From assembly GCA_001938485.1 (NCBI GenBank), contig MQRK01246086.1, forward strand, positions 1 through 63,486: 63,486 bases of DNA, given 5' to 3'. The DNA is from Girardia tigrina (Eukaryota). This document shows positions 38,159-49,714 of the stretch, in pieces. The notes under the pieces were generated by a model. It saw only the letters and a program-made list of their open reading frames with translations, did not search any database and had not been told where the DNA came from. Within the stretch, counting starts at the first letter, position 1; each line of letters starts with the position of its first letter. Made by a program: the position numbers and the translations under genes.

Positions 38159-38176
38159 TGGCGTCATGAGCAGGAT
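38159..38176 (+). promoter_or_regulatory. Primer-binding site, tRNA-Ser-like
   Basis: TGGCGTCATGAGCAGGAT 1 nt after the LTR; resembles the complement of a metazoan tRNA-Ser 3' end (..ATCCTGTTCGTGACG-CCA, from memory). Confidence 0.7.
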
Positions 38177-39659
38177 CAAAGCCGATAGTGGAGATCACCA
38201 GTCAAAATTACTGGAAGTAATTTCGAATAGAATCCTGAAAAAGGACTCCGCCAAAACTCCGAAAACATTCGAAGAAGGGGACGATGCTGTCCAATTTTTA
38301 AAATGCATGGATGCATTTATGCGGCAACTTGAAATATCGGAGGAAACACAAGCTGACTTCTTCATGGAATACTTGGAGGAAGATGTTCAGTGTTTTCTGA
38401 AGTCGCAGTGGGGTTACACCCAAAACCAAAAGAGTTTCGAATGGCTCAAGGAAACTTTTTTGAAGCTGTTTGGACGAAAGAAGTCAGATATTTCATCGTG
38501 GATGAAACTATTTGGCATTCGACAGAAGGATGGCCAATCAACGAAGGACTTTATGAAAGAAATAAGAATTCGTTGTTTTAAAGAATTACCGGAGTTGACC
38601 TCCGAAGAAAGAGAGCCAAAAACTCTCCAAATTTTTATAAATGGTTTAATGAATGACAGAGCTCAAAAAGCACTAAAAGTGTTGCAGCCTAAAACTTTGG
38701 ATGAAGCATTCGAGATGATAAAAAAAGAATGTGTAACTCAGGAGATGTCGGCAACAGTAAATGTGCTGACCGAGAATGATGAAATTCGAATGCTCAGGGA
38801 TGAAATTTCAGAACTGAACAAACGTATTACCTCATTGCAGGAAACGGTAAAAGGGCTGCAGCATGAAAGACAATCGAGTCAATGGAAAGACGATAATAGA
38901 ATGAGAAATCCTGTCAAAGAAACAAGTGAATGCTGGAATTGTGGGAGCAGCAGTGACATTTTGAGAGACTGTAAAAAGTCTCGATTCTGCAAAAAATGCA
39001 ACAAAAAGGGACATATAGATAAGTTTTGTCTAAACGGAAAATGTAAATCAGTCCATGTGGTCGAGTCTGCCAGTATATCCAGTAATGAAAGTGAAACAGA
39101 TACGGGAACAGGTACGGAAGAACCGAGCATTTGTCATATTTTAAATGCAAAGAAGTCGTATGTCAGAGCGATGAAAGAAACAGTTCCGAAACAAAAGGGA
39201 CAGAATAATTTTCGAGTAAAGAAGAGCAGTTATAAAGTAAAAGATCAGAACAAACCAATGTGTTACGGTCGGATCAATGGGAATAGTAAAAAGATCTTAT
39301 TAGATACCGGAGCCGAAGTGAATGCTATCAGCAAAGACATGCTAATGGAGTTGCAAGATTCAGATAAAACATTGAAAACCAGACGTTCATCCAGAAAAAT
39401 CAAATATGTAGATGGATTTACAGTGCCTGTACGAGCGGAAGTATCCCTGATAGTTGAATTGGGTGCTAAAGGGAAAAGTTGCAATTTCTTTGTTGTGGAT
39501 GGATTGAGCCCGAATATAATTCTTGGGATACGGAGTATGAAGAGTCTTTGGATTAAGATTGATCTCGATAATAATGGTGTTAATAGTGGAACAATTTTCG
39601 TTCCATTCGTTTCGAAGGTGAATGCAGATACGACAGTCCCGACAAATCAGTTAAACTGA
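38165..39659 (+). CDS. Gag-protease polyprotein of the Gypsy element
   Basis: Open frame with two zinc knuckles (CWNCGSSSDILRDC degenerate; CKKCNKKGHIDKFC) and aspartic protease LLDTGAEV. Confidence 0.88.
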
Positions 39660-39707
39660 AAGGGCACTGTTTGAGGAGTCGGAAGCAGTATGTGCTCCAT
39701 GAGACTC
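39650..39707 (+). promoter_or_regulatory. Putative -1 programmed ribosomal frameshift signal (slippery heptamer plus pseudoknot)
   Basis: G_TTA_AAC immediately before the gag-PR stop; 5-nt spacer; stem GGGCACTGTTT/AAGCAG-TAT-GTGCTC; loop GAGTC pairs with downstream GACTC. Confidence 0.65.
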
Positions 39708-40935
39708 AGACTGTAGCAGCTGCCGTTACACGAGAAGCGCCTGAAAGTTTCGTGTCTCTTATCCCAATATAGATGTGTGAATAATTGCAATAGAGACAAT
39801 ATTATTAGTTTAGTGAAAGAATTCAGAGACGTATTTAGTTGGTCTAAATATGATATAGGCTTGGCGCGGAACGCTGAGCATAAAATAGAGCTTAAAGATA
39901 ATGGCCCGATACAGGAGCAAACCAGGAGAATTCCGGTGGCGCTCCAAGAAAATGTGGATGAGTTTGTTGAACAGTTGCTACAGAAAAATATTATTCAACA
40001 AAGACTATCAGAGTGGAACGCTCCTATAGTGATTGTGCCAAAAAAGGACGGAGATATTCGACTTACAGTAGATTACCGGAGACTAAATCAAAAGACTAAA
40101 GTTCCATCATTTCCAATTTTTGACGCACAACAACTTTTCGATACCTTGGGAGGAGCAAAACACTTTAGTACAATTGATTTGACTGCAGGATATTATAACA
40201 TAAGTCTTGCAGAGTGTGATAGAGAGAAAACAGCGTTTAGTACTAGAAAAGGACATTGAGAGTTTTTGAGGTTGCCAATGGGCTTAGCGGCAGCGCCAGC
40301 AACGTTCCAAAGAGTTATGAAAGCGATATTAAAGGAAAAACACTTGAGGGAATGCTTGATATATTTGGATGATATTCTAGTTTTTGGGAAGACACAAGAG
40401 GAGCATTTAGTCAGACTGCGAAAAGTATTATCCAAAATCAAAGAAGCCGGTCTAAAGATTGTACCAGCAAAGTGCCAATTTTTTGCAAGGGACGTAAAGT
40501 ACCTGGGCCATAGAGTATCAGCCAATGGAATTTCAATGGACGAGGATAAAATCAAGTGCATCCAGGAGTGACCACAGCCAGAGTCTCAAGAGGAAATGAG
40601 ACAATTTCTTGGACTTTGCGGATACTATCGCAATTATATTAAAGAGTACGCTAAAATTGTTGCACCAATAGAAGACACATGTAAAGACTGTTTGAACAAA
40701 GCTAGGACTAGAAAATTAAACCTGTTGCAATGGTCAGCCTGTTTGGGTGACGCATTTCTTCATTTGAAACAATGTTTAATGACCGCGCCAATTTTAGCAG
40801 TTCCGAATATCTACGACCAATTCATATTGGATACGGATGTATGTGATAACACGATTGGATGCGTCCTTTCTCAAGTGCAAAGTGGTGATGAAAAAGTAAT
40901 AGCCTACGCTTCGCATAAGTTGTCTACAGCAGAAC

Positions 40936-41456
40936 GGTTCTAGGTGCTTTGACCACAGGTGCTTTGACCATAGGGGGTTTGACCATAGGTGGTTTGTCCA
41001 CAGCGGGGGTTTGATCACAGGGGGTTTGACCATAGTTGATATATGGTTTCAATATATAAAATTTTTTTTTAAATTTCAATACTTAAAATTTTAATTAAAA
41101 TATTTTTGCCATTATTACCAAATAATATTTTAATAAAATAAAATATATTAAAAAATATTCTATTTAAACTTAATATACATTTTAAAATCATATTATTAGT
41201 AACAACTAAAATATTAGATTCTAACCCACATAAGCCAAAATCATGGAGAACTATACAAATATTAAAATGCTAAATTTCCAATTATTGCTGATGATGATGT
41301 ATGTAATCATCAAAACATAAATAAATATATAAAAGAAGCTTTAATCAAATTATATTTTAAAAATATTAAAAACTGTGGACAAACCACCTATGGTCAAACC
41401 CCCTATGGTCAAACCCCCGCTGTGGACAAACCCCCTATGGTCAAACCCCCTATGGT
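40936..41456. mobile_element. Foldback/MULE-like MITE with tandem ~15-bp terminal repeats inserted in Gypsy RNase H
   Basis: (ggggtttgaccatag)-type array at 40940-41035 is mirrored by a (ctatggtcaaacccc) array at 41373-41457; it splits YASHKLSTAE|QHYCVTRKE; CAGAAC on both sides. Confidence 0.85.
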
Positions 41457-43019
41457 CAGAACAACATTATTGTGTGACACGAAAAGAGTTACTGAGTGTC
41501 TATAAATTCACAACAATGTTTAGACACTATTTATTTGGAAGAAGATTTAGTATAAGAACTGACCACAAAGCTCTATGCTGGATGATGAATAGGAAAACAC
41601 CGAGTACAAGTCAATTTAGTTTAAGGCTCAATGAATTGAGTGTCTTTGATATGGATATCCAATACCGGAAAGGAGAAGAACATAAGAATGCGGACGCTCT
41701 ATCTCGAGCGCCAGAGCAATGCTAGCAATGTGCAATGAGCCACGAAAATCCGAGGGCATAACGAAATGTTAAATATTACAATGAAAATCAAAATGATAAA
41801 AAAAGACATGCTTTACGCAACAGCGAAGTCATCTGGATGTGAATGGAGAGGCGAGCCCATTTGTTGAATTTGGATTAAGAAATAAAATTTGTAGAAGCAC
41901 TGGATTCTCTTCCTTCGAGGTGATTTTTGGTCGGAAAATGAGGTCTTTCTACTCGGAAAAGAAAGTGAGTCCAGCAAATGATGGAAACTATTGCAAATAT
42001 ATCACATAGCTTCAACAAGTGTTACAAGTGGTGAGCCAACATATCAAGATCAAACAAGAAATTAAAAAACCAGCTACATCAGATTCAGGGAGTTGTTTGG
42101 CAATTGGTGATCTAGTGCTGCCTAGAATACTACCACGAATCAAAGGAATCGATATGCTGAGATACGAAGGGCCATATGCGGTGATCGGTAACATGGGGAA
42201 GCATGCGTACAGATTAAAAAGGATTAGTAATGGAGAAATGTGGTGCATATCAAAAGATTGAGAACACCACAAAATGACACTAGAAAATCAGAAAAGGCTA
42301 TAACAATTATGTCAAAAAGTATCAAAAATGATCATCATGATGTACATGAAGAAGACCAAATGCCAGAGGAAGATCGACGGAATATTAATGAAACAAGAGT
42401 GAGACGCAATCCAGTTCGAGACCGACATAAGCCTAAAAGATACAAAAAATAAGTTGTCGAACAGCGCGAGTGTGGAATAATTATGTAAATATTAATGTAT
42501 TTTAATGTATGTGTTGTTTTAATAATCATTATTGTAAATTGTTAATTCAAATATATTTTTCTTAGTTGGATATTCTCTTTCACAACAAGTTTGGAGACTG
42601 AATCAGTGATCGAGATCAATTTAACGAAATTCCTTTCATCGACAACAAAATTCGGCTATCTATAAATAAACGACCCATTATTGGCCAATCTAAAAATAGA
42701 TTGGCCAATCTGGGAATAACTCGAACATCTTTTCATAATGATTTTGATTTTCGAGAGAATATGTTGTGATATTCGATTTTGTGAATATTAGATTGTTTAA
42801 ATCGTTTAATTTAGAAAATAAAAATATTGCGCGAAAAAGTTTTGTTGATTTAATTGAAAAGTGGCCATTTTTTTAAAAAAGTCGGTGTTTTAAATTGAAA
42901 GAAACAAATATTCGCCAACGAATATCGATTGAAAATCGAATCGGAATTAAATTCGATTTGTAACGACGTTTTAAAATTACTGATCGATTATCTCATTCCA
43001 TTGGCCATGAAAAGTGAAC

Positions 43020-43690
43020 AAGCGGAAAGTGAAGTGTTCCTTTTGTAAATGCAAGGTGATTATTATCAGCAGATATTTTCACAGGAAGATCGGTGATGAA
43101 GACCGCCAGGATGCAGAGTCTTATAAAGGAAAAAAATGAACAAGATGAGTCTGGAAGTAAAAATCACACACTGATCACGAGCACCAGCACCAGACAGAGT
43201 CGAGAGAGAGAGCAACAAGGAGTTATTGCTCTGCGAACTGTAAGCACGTGGGTGACGAATGGTGACAAGTGGCTGAGAGGAAATTTTCTATTAGATGACG
43301 CCAGCACAGAAACTTTCGTGAGCCAAGCTTTCGCGAATGAATTGTAGTTGTATGGAGATCAAACCAAGATCAGCTTCCAAGTTCTGGGAGGAGCAAGGAG
43401 GTCAATACCGGTGCAGAGAGTAAAATTCAAATATGTGATGAAAGAAGACGAGTTAAAGAGAGTGTCTCAGCACTTGTGGTGAAAAATGTGACCGGGCCGA
43501 TGGAAATAGTTGATTGGAATCAGGCAAAATTCAAGTGGAGTCATTTAAAAGGAATACGTTTTCCGAGCATCGGTAAGAAGGGTGTGATTGATGGACTGAT
43601 CGGTGCAAATTATTTGAAACTACAAACAGCATTAAAAGAAGTTTGAGGACATCCGGAAGACCCAGTTGCGCGTCTTACTCCGCTGGGAAT
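43020..43690 (+). mobile_element. BEL/Pao retrotransposon protease fragment
   Basis: VIALRTV..NFLLDDASTETFVS..WSHLKGIRF..IDGLIGANY..PVARLTPLG. Confidence 0.8.
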
Positions 43691-45189
43691 TTATCCTTCT
43701 GTTTATGATAATATTTCAAATATTAAGGAAATAATTTTAATTTTTTTGTCGTTTTGACAATAATAAATAGCCATTTCCAGCAAGGATAAATTTTTATTTA
43801 TATGTAGTGCCCTACTTATTTTGTTGTTTTTTTGGTTATGTGTGTATGTGATTTTCTTTCTTTTGTTTTTGTACAAAGTCTTGGTGTGATTGGTTTTTCT
43901 TTGTACATAAGGTTTCCGGTGCGTGAGGATTGTGGTGCATGTTTTATTAACGATTGTTTTTTTATTGTTTTTTTTATTTCTGATTAACGTGTGCAAGCCT
44001 CGACCCGGAAGGTCTTAATGCTCGTCTAAAGATGGCGATTCCTCCTGTCATAAGTAGAATGCAAGAAAAGGCTAAAGAATGGTATCAGATTCATTCCAAA
44101 TTTAAAATGGTTTGGGAAGATCGAGCCAATAAACATTACTGGCAATCTTTAGATTATCAAGGGGACTGGATAAAGCGAGATGTTGTATTTTTAAAATGTT
44201 CAACATTTTTTTCTCAAATTGGAAGCTTATAAAAAAAGTTTTACTAGTATTCGGCCATAATTTTTTAATAGTGACTTTATTAAAGTGCTATCTAAAACAA
44301 AAAATCATTTTTGTTATGATCCAATGGTTCATGTACAACCATTTCCCTGAGGAATTTATGGTAATACATCCGAATTAAGTTTAAGTAATGGTGTAGAATT
44401 TGGACCACATTTAAGTCTTTATTTTCCTACTGATTCCGAGACTAATTCTCACAATATTAATCGTATATATGACTGTGAATTGACTGAAAATAAAATAATC
44501 AATAAATAATTTGACTATACAAATTAGTAATTATTTACCGTTTGTAAAAAAAGGAAAAAGGAACAAAGGAAATTTTTCACAAAATCACATCCCACAAAAT
44601 TTCAACAACCAAAATCCGAATATTATACTCAACAGACGATCACATTGTAGAGTTTCCAACAACATCTCTATCTATTATTCGATAACTTTACATTATACGA
44701 ACAAGAAGAGCTTCCAACAACCCCTCTACCTAATATTCGATAGACTCTTTTTTTAGTCCTCCTCACTAGTAAGAAATATTATTTTACTAGTTAATCAACT
44801 GTTTAAATCGTTTTTATATCTTCATACATAATCACATTTCCTTTTTATAAACGAAACCTTGATCGTTTCGTTTAACTTCGTTATACCTCCTTCCGTTGAT
44901 TGTTTTAAAATAAAATTTATAAAAGCATATCATTTTTATTTATTCCATTGTAAAGGCAAATTCAAGTTATCAAACTTTAATTTGCCTCTACAGGCAACAT
45001 AGCAATATAGCAATTTGGCAATAAAAAAATAAGAAAGTAAAATATAAGAATATTTATTTAAGAAATAAATTAACAAATTAATCCTCAAGAATATTGTTTT
45101 TCAGGAAGTAATCCGGGAAACATTTTTTGACATGGCGGTAATATGGTTTCAAATCGTTATATGCGCTACTTTATCGTTATACTTTTTAC

Positions 45190-46075
45190 TACCTGTATAA
45201 TAATCTCCTGCAGTAACGCAATTCTTTGTGGTTACTGCAGCCGAAGCATATTTGATTGCCTTGATAAATGCAACTTAACTTCTCTTTTAGGTTTGCTTAA
45301 GACTGCCTCAATCGGGTTAAGGAACGGTAAATAAGGAAGCAGGTTCACCATCTGATGGACAGAATCTGTTGATAGATGTATTGTAGCATTAGCGTGAATC
45401 AGATAATGCACTCTTTCTGGAAGTTTGGTTACCAGGTCACATAAATCCCTGACAAACTTGGTGATTCACACTTCCAGTGACTAACTGAAAATGAAAGGGA
45501 CCATTCTTGGAGATAGCCATCATCTACTGTTCGGAATTATGCAATAAATTGGCTGCCCAATTTTCGATTTTCCTTGAGTTCTCCTCAGCAAAATATTGAA
45601 CCCGATATCATCGATGAAGATGCAATCGGAATCTCGCCATCCATTCTTTCATGACTCACATCATATATTCCAATCTACTGGTCTTCACTCGATCCGAGTT
45701 TTTTTGTTCGATTGTGCTTCTAATATTCTTAATCGTGTATAGCTTCCCAGCTAAATACAGATGCATAGTCGCTTTAAAGCAGGTTATGTTGCGATTTTCC
45801 TGGAAAAATTTATTCATTTCTGCCAGTGTACTATCCAGGGATTCTTCCAAAAATTCGAAAAGCTTTTCTCCAATTAGTGAATTAATTTTCGAGGGCGTAT
45901 ATCCACCCCGGTGACCTTTACTGATGATCCCATTTTTTTGTAATTATAAATTACCGTCCTGGAACTTTTCTCTTTGATATGCCTTTGAGATGCCAGAATT
46001 AGGTAATCTTAGCCATTATTTTAGGCATTTATGAGCCTTACCTCGTCTTTGCGGGATATTCTGGGTTTGTCATTA
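45190..46075 (-). mobile_element. IS630/Tc1-like transposase pseudogene
   Basis: KGHRGG..DSTLAEM..; CIFIDDIGFNILLRRTQGKSKIG; LLPYLPFLNPIEAV motifs with stops and frameshifts. Confidence 0.7.
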
Positions 46076-46545
46076 ATTATTGTATTTAAATAAAAGTTAT
46101 TACAAGTTTCGATACAGCTTCCCTGTGAATGCAATGGTCTTATTGGAGCTTCCAGAGTCACTATAAATATATTTTGAAAAGAAATTTTAATTGAAAACCT
46201 TACTTTTCTTCAATATTTGGTGCTACATTTTCATCTGCACTGGAGATATCAGAGAAATTTTGTGTATAACTCATCATTTTTTAAATTAATTAATCTTAAT
46301 TATTCTTTTAAATGAAATTGATTTTAAACATTACAAAACGAAGTACTACATGATTCGTTAATTTGTTAGTGTGTAAGGTTATGTACTCATGCATTATGTA
46401 TGCTTCTATATTAAATTCTTTTAATTATCGGACATTTTTTTATTAAATGAAATTATTTTGATTATTTCTCTGTGATTGGTTATACTTTTGTTAGATGGAT
46501 ACAATTAATATACATTCTTTTAATTATTGAGACTATTATCTAAAT

Positions 46546-46886
46546 CAGTGTTTCTCAACCGGTGTGTCGCGATGAATTGGTGTGTCGCGATGATTTGCTT
46601 GATAATATACAATACTCTTAAATTGTATATAATAATTTTCAAGATTCAACTTTGTAGTGTAGAGTCTACACTGTAGACTGTATACTGTTATCAAATAAAA
46701 TCAATACGATTGCGGTTAACCATAAAACAGGTCAAAACATCAACATGGACTCTAGTGACTAGAGTCTAAAATTAATACTTTGAAAACCTCAAAGTTACAC
46801 AATAACTTCGCTTGATAACAGGTGTGTCACAAAATTTCATGTATTGTGTCGTGTGTGTCATTCGGAAAAAAGGTTGAGAACCTCTG
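46546..46886. mobile_element. hAT-Charlie (MER5-like) MITE
   Basis: TIRs CAGTGTTTCTCAACC / GGTTGAGAACCTCTG; subterminal ggtgtgtcgcga repeats. Confidence 0.8.
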
Positions 46887-46993
46887 CTCAAAATCAACGG
46901 GAAAAACATTATAATATTATATTATATAGGTATATTTAAAAATCAATAAAACATTTATTATCAATAAATTCAATTAAAATAAATTATTTTATT

Positions 46994-48604
46994 ATGGAAA
47001 AAATAAGAAGCGCCTGGCAAAGAGCCCTTGACAAATTTTCGCCTTCGAAATGCACATTACTCTCTCCCGTTAACCCAATTTATGCTCATACTAAACAAAG
47101 TCATCATTTAAATGATCATTTTGTCGAAGGACTTTTGTTAGCGACAATGTTGAGTGAAGAAAACTACTATTTGAACTCAATCTCAATTGTCCACGAAATG
47201 CACAACGATCCCGACACATTGATAAAGATATTTCGAAATTCCTGGTCTCAAGATAACTTGTTTGACCGTTTGGAAAACGTTTATTTCCTTGGACAAGGTT
47301 CATTTGGAAGTGTTTTCGAGGCCACCGATAAATATAGCGGTAGAAAGCTAGCGATTAAGACAATCATTCCCGAAGACAATTCTCAATACGACCATTTATA
47401 TTCTTTGTGGCAAATCTTTATGGAAAGAAATATCTTATTGTCGGCAAACGATTCTCCTTATATGACTCGATTGTTTGCGACATTTCAAGACGTCGATAAG
47501 AAAACTTTTTGGATAATCATGGAGTATTGCTACATTACGCTCCAATCATTAATTAAACGGGTCACAGAAAAAGATTATAAATCCTATTCTAGAGCTTTAA
47601 TCAGTGGAGACGATGTGATTTTCAATATTTCTAAATATGTCAGCAAAAAAATCGGAATGAATTATATAACGCTATCGTTTGTATACTTCTTTCAACTGCT
47701 CAGTGCTCTTCATTATCTCGCTGATCGGCATATTGTTCACGCTGATATTAAATCCGATAATGTTCTCATTGCGACTAATGGACAAGCGAAATTGAGTGAT
47801 TTAGGAGCTGCCCAAAGATTCAGGTGGATCGATAAACGATCTGCCTTGCACATCATAAGAGATATTGATAATATGAAGCAAAAAGTCGAAGAATACGATT
47901 TCGAATTCAAAAGATCGGGTAATGTTGGATATTTAGATCCGGAAACAACGATTCGGTATTATAAAACGACAAGTCGATCTAAATATTTGAAAATTAAAAG
48001 TATTTATCCATTTGATGATCTTCATTTAAATGAAAAGTCGACTAGACAAACATTCTTGACAGATTATTATGCAGTTTGTGTTGTGATCTTAGAGATGCTG
48101 TTAGGGGGAGTTGTGTTGAGTACTCACCGTTCCTTTCACATCCCAGATCTTTTGAATCTCAAGATGACGGAAAACGAAATATATTTTATAAATATCTCTT
48201 TGGCGTTTAACGACAGAATATTTCGTAAAGTTTTCTATGATAATTTAAAAAGTTCGTTTAACGGTCAGCACTTACAAGTAATAAAAGTTTTGTCATATGG
48301 ACTGCTCGATAGAGAGAGAAGAGCTGTTGGGTTAAAGAGAAATATTCTCCTTTATAGGAATAATCAAATTGAAATAGAACCGGCAATTGATATAAGAAAA
48401 ATCGAATTATTAAAATTTTATAAACGTAACAATATCAAATTTGAAAACGCATCTGCTGTCATTGCTCCTGACGAATTCTTTTACTTTGTAAAACCTCATC
48501 ATCAGGAACAGAAGGAGGGAATTGATCTAAAATGTCTGACAATTGATATTCCAGCAAGAATAGTTCCCACGACTTCTTATACATACACATCAGTAGATCT
48601 CTAA
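46994..48604 (+). CDS. Intronless atypical Ser/Thr protein kinase (non-RD), paralog 2
   Basis: 536-aa ORF with GQGSFGSV, LAIK, ERNIL, HADIKSDN, DLG and GNVGYLDPE; colinear with 12315-13943. Confidence 0.92.
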   Translation: MEKIRSAWQRALDKFSPSKCTLLSPVNPIYAHTKQSHHLNDHFVEGLLLATMLSEENYYLNSISIVHEMHNDPDTLIKIFRNSWSQDNLFDRLENVYFLGQGSFGSVFEATDKYSGRKLAIKTIIPEDNSQYDHLYSLWQIFMERNILLSANDSPYMTRLFATFQDVDKKTFWIIMEYCYITLQSLIKRVTEKDYKSYSRALISGDDVIFNISKYVSKKIGMNYITLSFVYFFQLLSALHYLADRHIVHADIKSDNVLIATNGQAKLSDLGAAQRFRWIDKRSALHIIRDIDNMKQKVEEYDFEFKRSGNVGYLDPETTIRYYKTTSRSKYLKIKSIYPFDDLHLNEKSTRQTFLTDYYAVCVVILEMLLGGVVLSTHRSFHIPDLLNLKMTENEIYFINISLAFNDRIFRKVFYDNLKSSFNGQHLQVIKVLSYGLLDRERRAVGLKRNILLYRNNQIEIEPAIDIRKIELLKFYKRNNIKFENASAVIAPDEFFYFVKPHHQEQKEGIDLKCLTIDIPARIVPTTSYTYTSVDL

Positions 48605-49039
48605 TGTTTTACTAGAATTTCGATTCTTTGTTTTCTCAAATTCAGTTTTTACACTTGTTTCTATATGAATTTATTTGCTCTTTAAAAAATTCTTTAATCT
48701 ATTCAAATAAATATTTGATGAAGTTTTTTAATTTTTTCTCTCGCTCTCGTATAATTTTAGAGTGAACCATATCATTCCAATTTTGGTCTCTATCTATTTG
48801 TTTTTCTACTAAATAACAATATATTATATGCATTTGTCACAAATTATTTTAAAGGTCTTGAATTAGTCTATCACAATATAATATATTACAATTTGAGACC
48901 GAATGTTTATTGAAATTTTTTATTCTTTAGAAACATCCTAAAAAAATAAGAAATTCGTTTCCTTTTATGCCGTTATTGAAAAAATGCTTAAATGGAGCGG
49001 TAACAACTGTTGAAAAATTATTTATATTTTGTTTGTTTT

Positions 49040-49430
49040 AATGAATGAAGGCCATGTTTGGCGGTTAGTGTAATTTTGATAAAATAAATCTTCAGTTTGC
49101 AACATGCAACATCAACAAAGAAGATATGCAAAATTGAAGATCAAAATGTAGTCTCAGATTGTACTGCACAAAATAAGTTTAAAAATTTTAACGCTAATGG
49201 CAAGGACTTCAATGATAAGTCACGCTCATATCGACATTCAATAGTGAATTCTGAAGTAATATATGGAGAAATGAAAATAAATTCCTCAATAAGCACTTAA
49301 AAATAGTCCTCCAAATTCCAAATTCATCTAAAATCTTCACTATCTTTGAGTAGTCAATGGGTGATGTTAAGAGGTACTTCATGAATCAACTGAAATTAAA
49401 GCTTATAGATGTATGGAGATGTACCAAAAA
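49040..49430 (+). mobile_element. Decayed mariner N-terminal remnant
   Basis: ATSTKKICK..VVSDCTAQNKFKNF..DFNDKSRSYRH resembles the mariner HTH and GRP region. Confidence 0.55.
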
Positions 49431-49714
49431 TTGCCACATTTACTGAGGAACACTACTGTTTTCATAAATGCATATTCAACAATTCATAGACATATCACTT
49501 TAAATAATCAGTAGAGGCAATGTATGCTTTATTTGACAGCACGTGAACTTGTTCTACTTTGGCTATGAGGAAGTCATATACCAAACAGCAATGGTAGACA
49601 TTAATAGATTAATCTTAGATGTGGTGGACTTGGCCCGAAATGAAATGTCAGTCTTGGATTCCACTATGGATTCAATTGAAATAAGGCAATTTGGAAGGAT
49701 GAGAATGACTTTAA

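Larger units (their letters stand above)
38043..42587 (+). mobile_element. Ty3/Gypsy LTR retrotransposon with both ends intact, defective pol
   Basis: TG..CA LTRs 38043-38157 and 42471-42587; 5-bp TSD AGTTT on both sides; PBS; gag-PR, RT (YLDD), RNase H; integrase core largely deleted, GPY retained. Confidence 0.95.

Noticed and set aside
41288-41316. CTGATGA-TGATG..CATC-AAAA hammerhead-like string inside the MITE
   Set aside because: Lacks the conserved GAAA and any helix I/III pairing; probably a (GAT)n coincidence
40940-41457. Short regularly repeated units as a CRISPR-like array
   Set aside because: No unique spacers, eukaryotic context, and the mirror arrangement is explained by transposon termini
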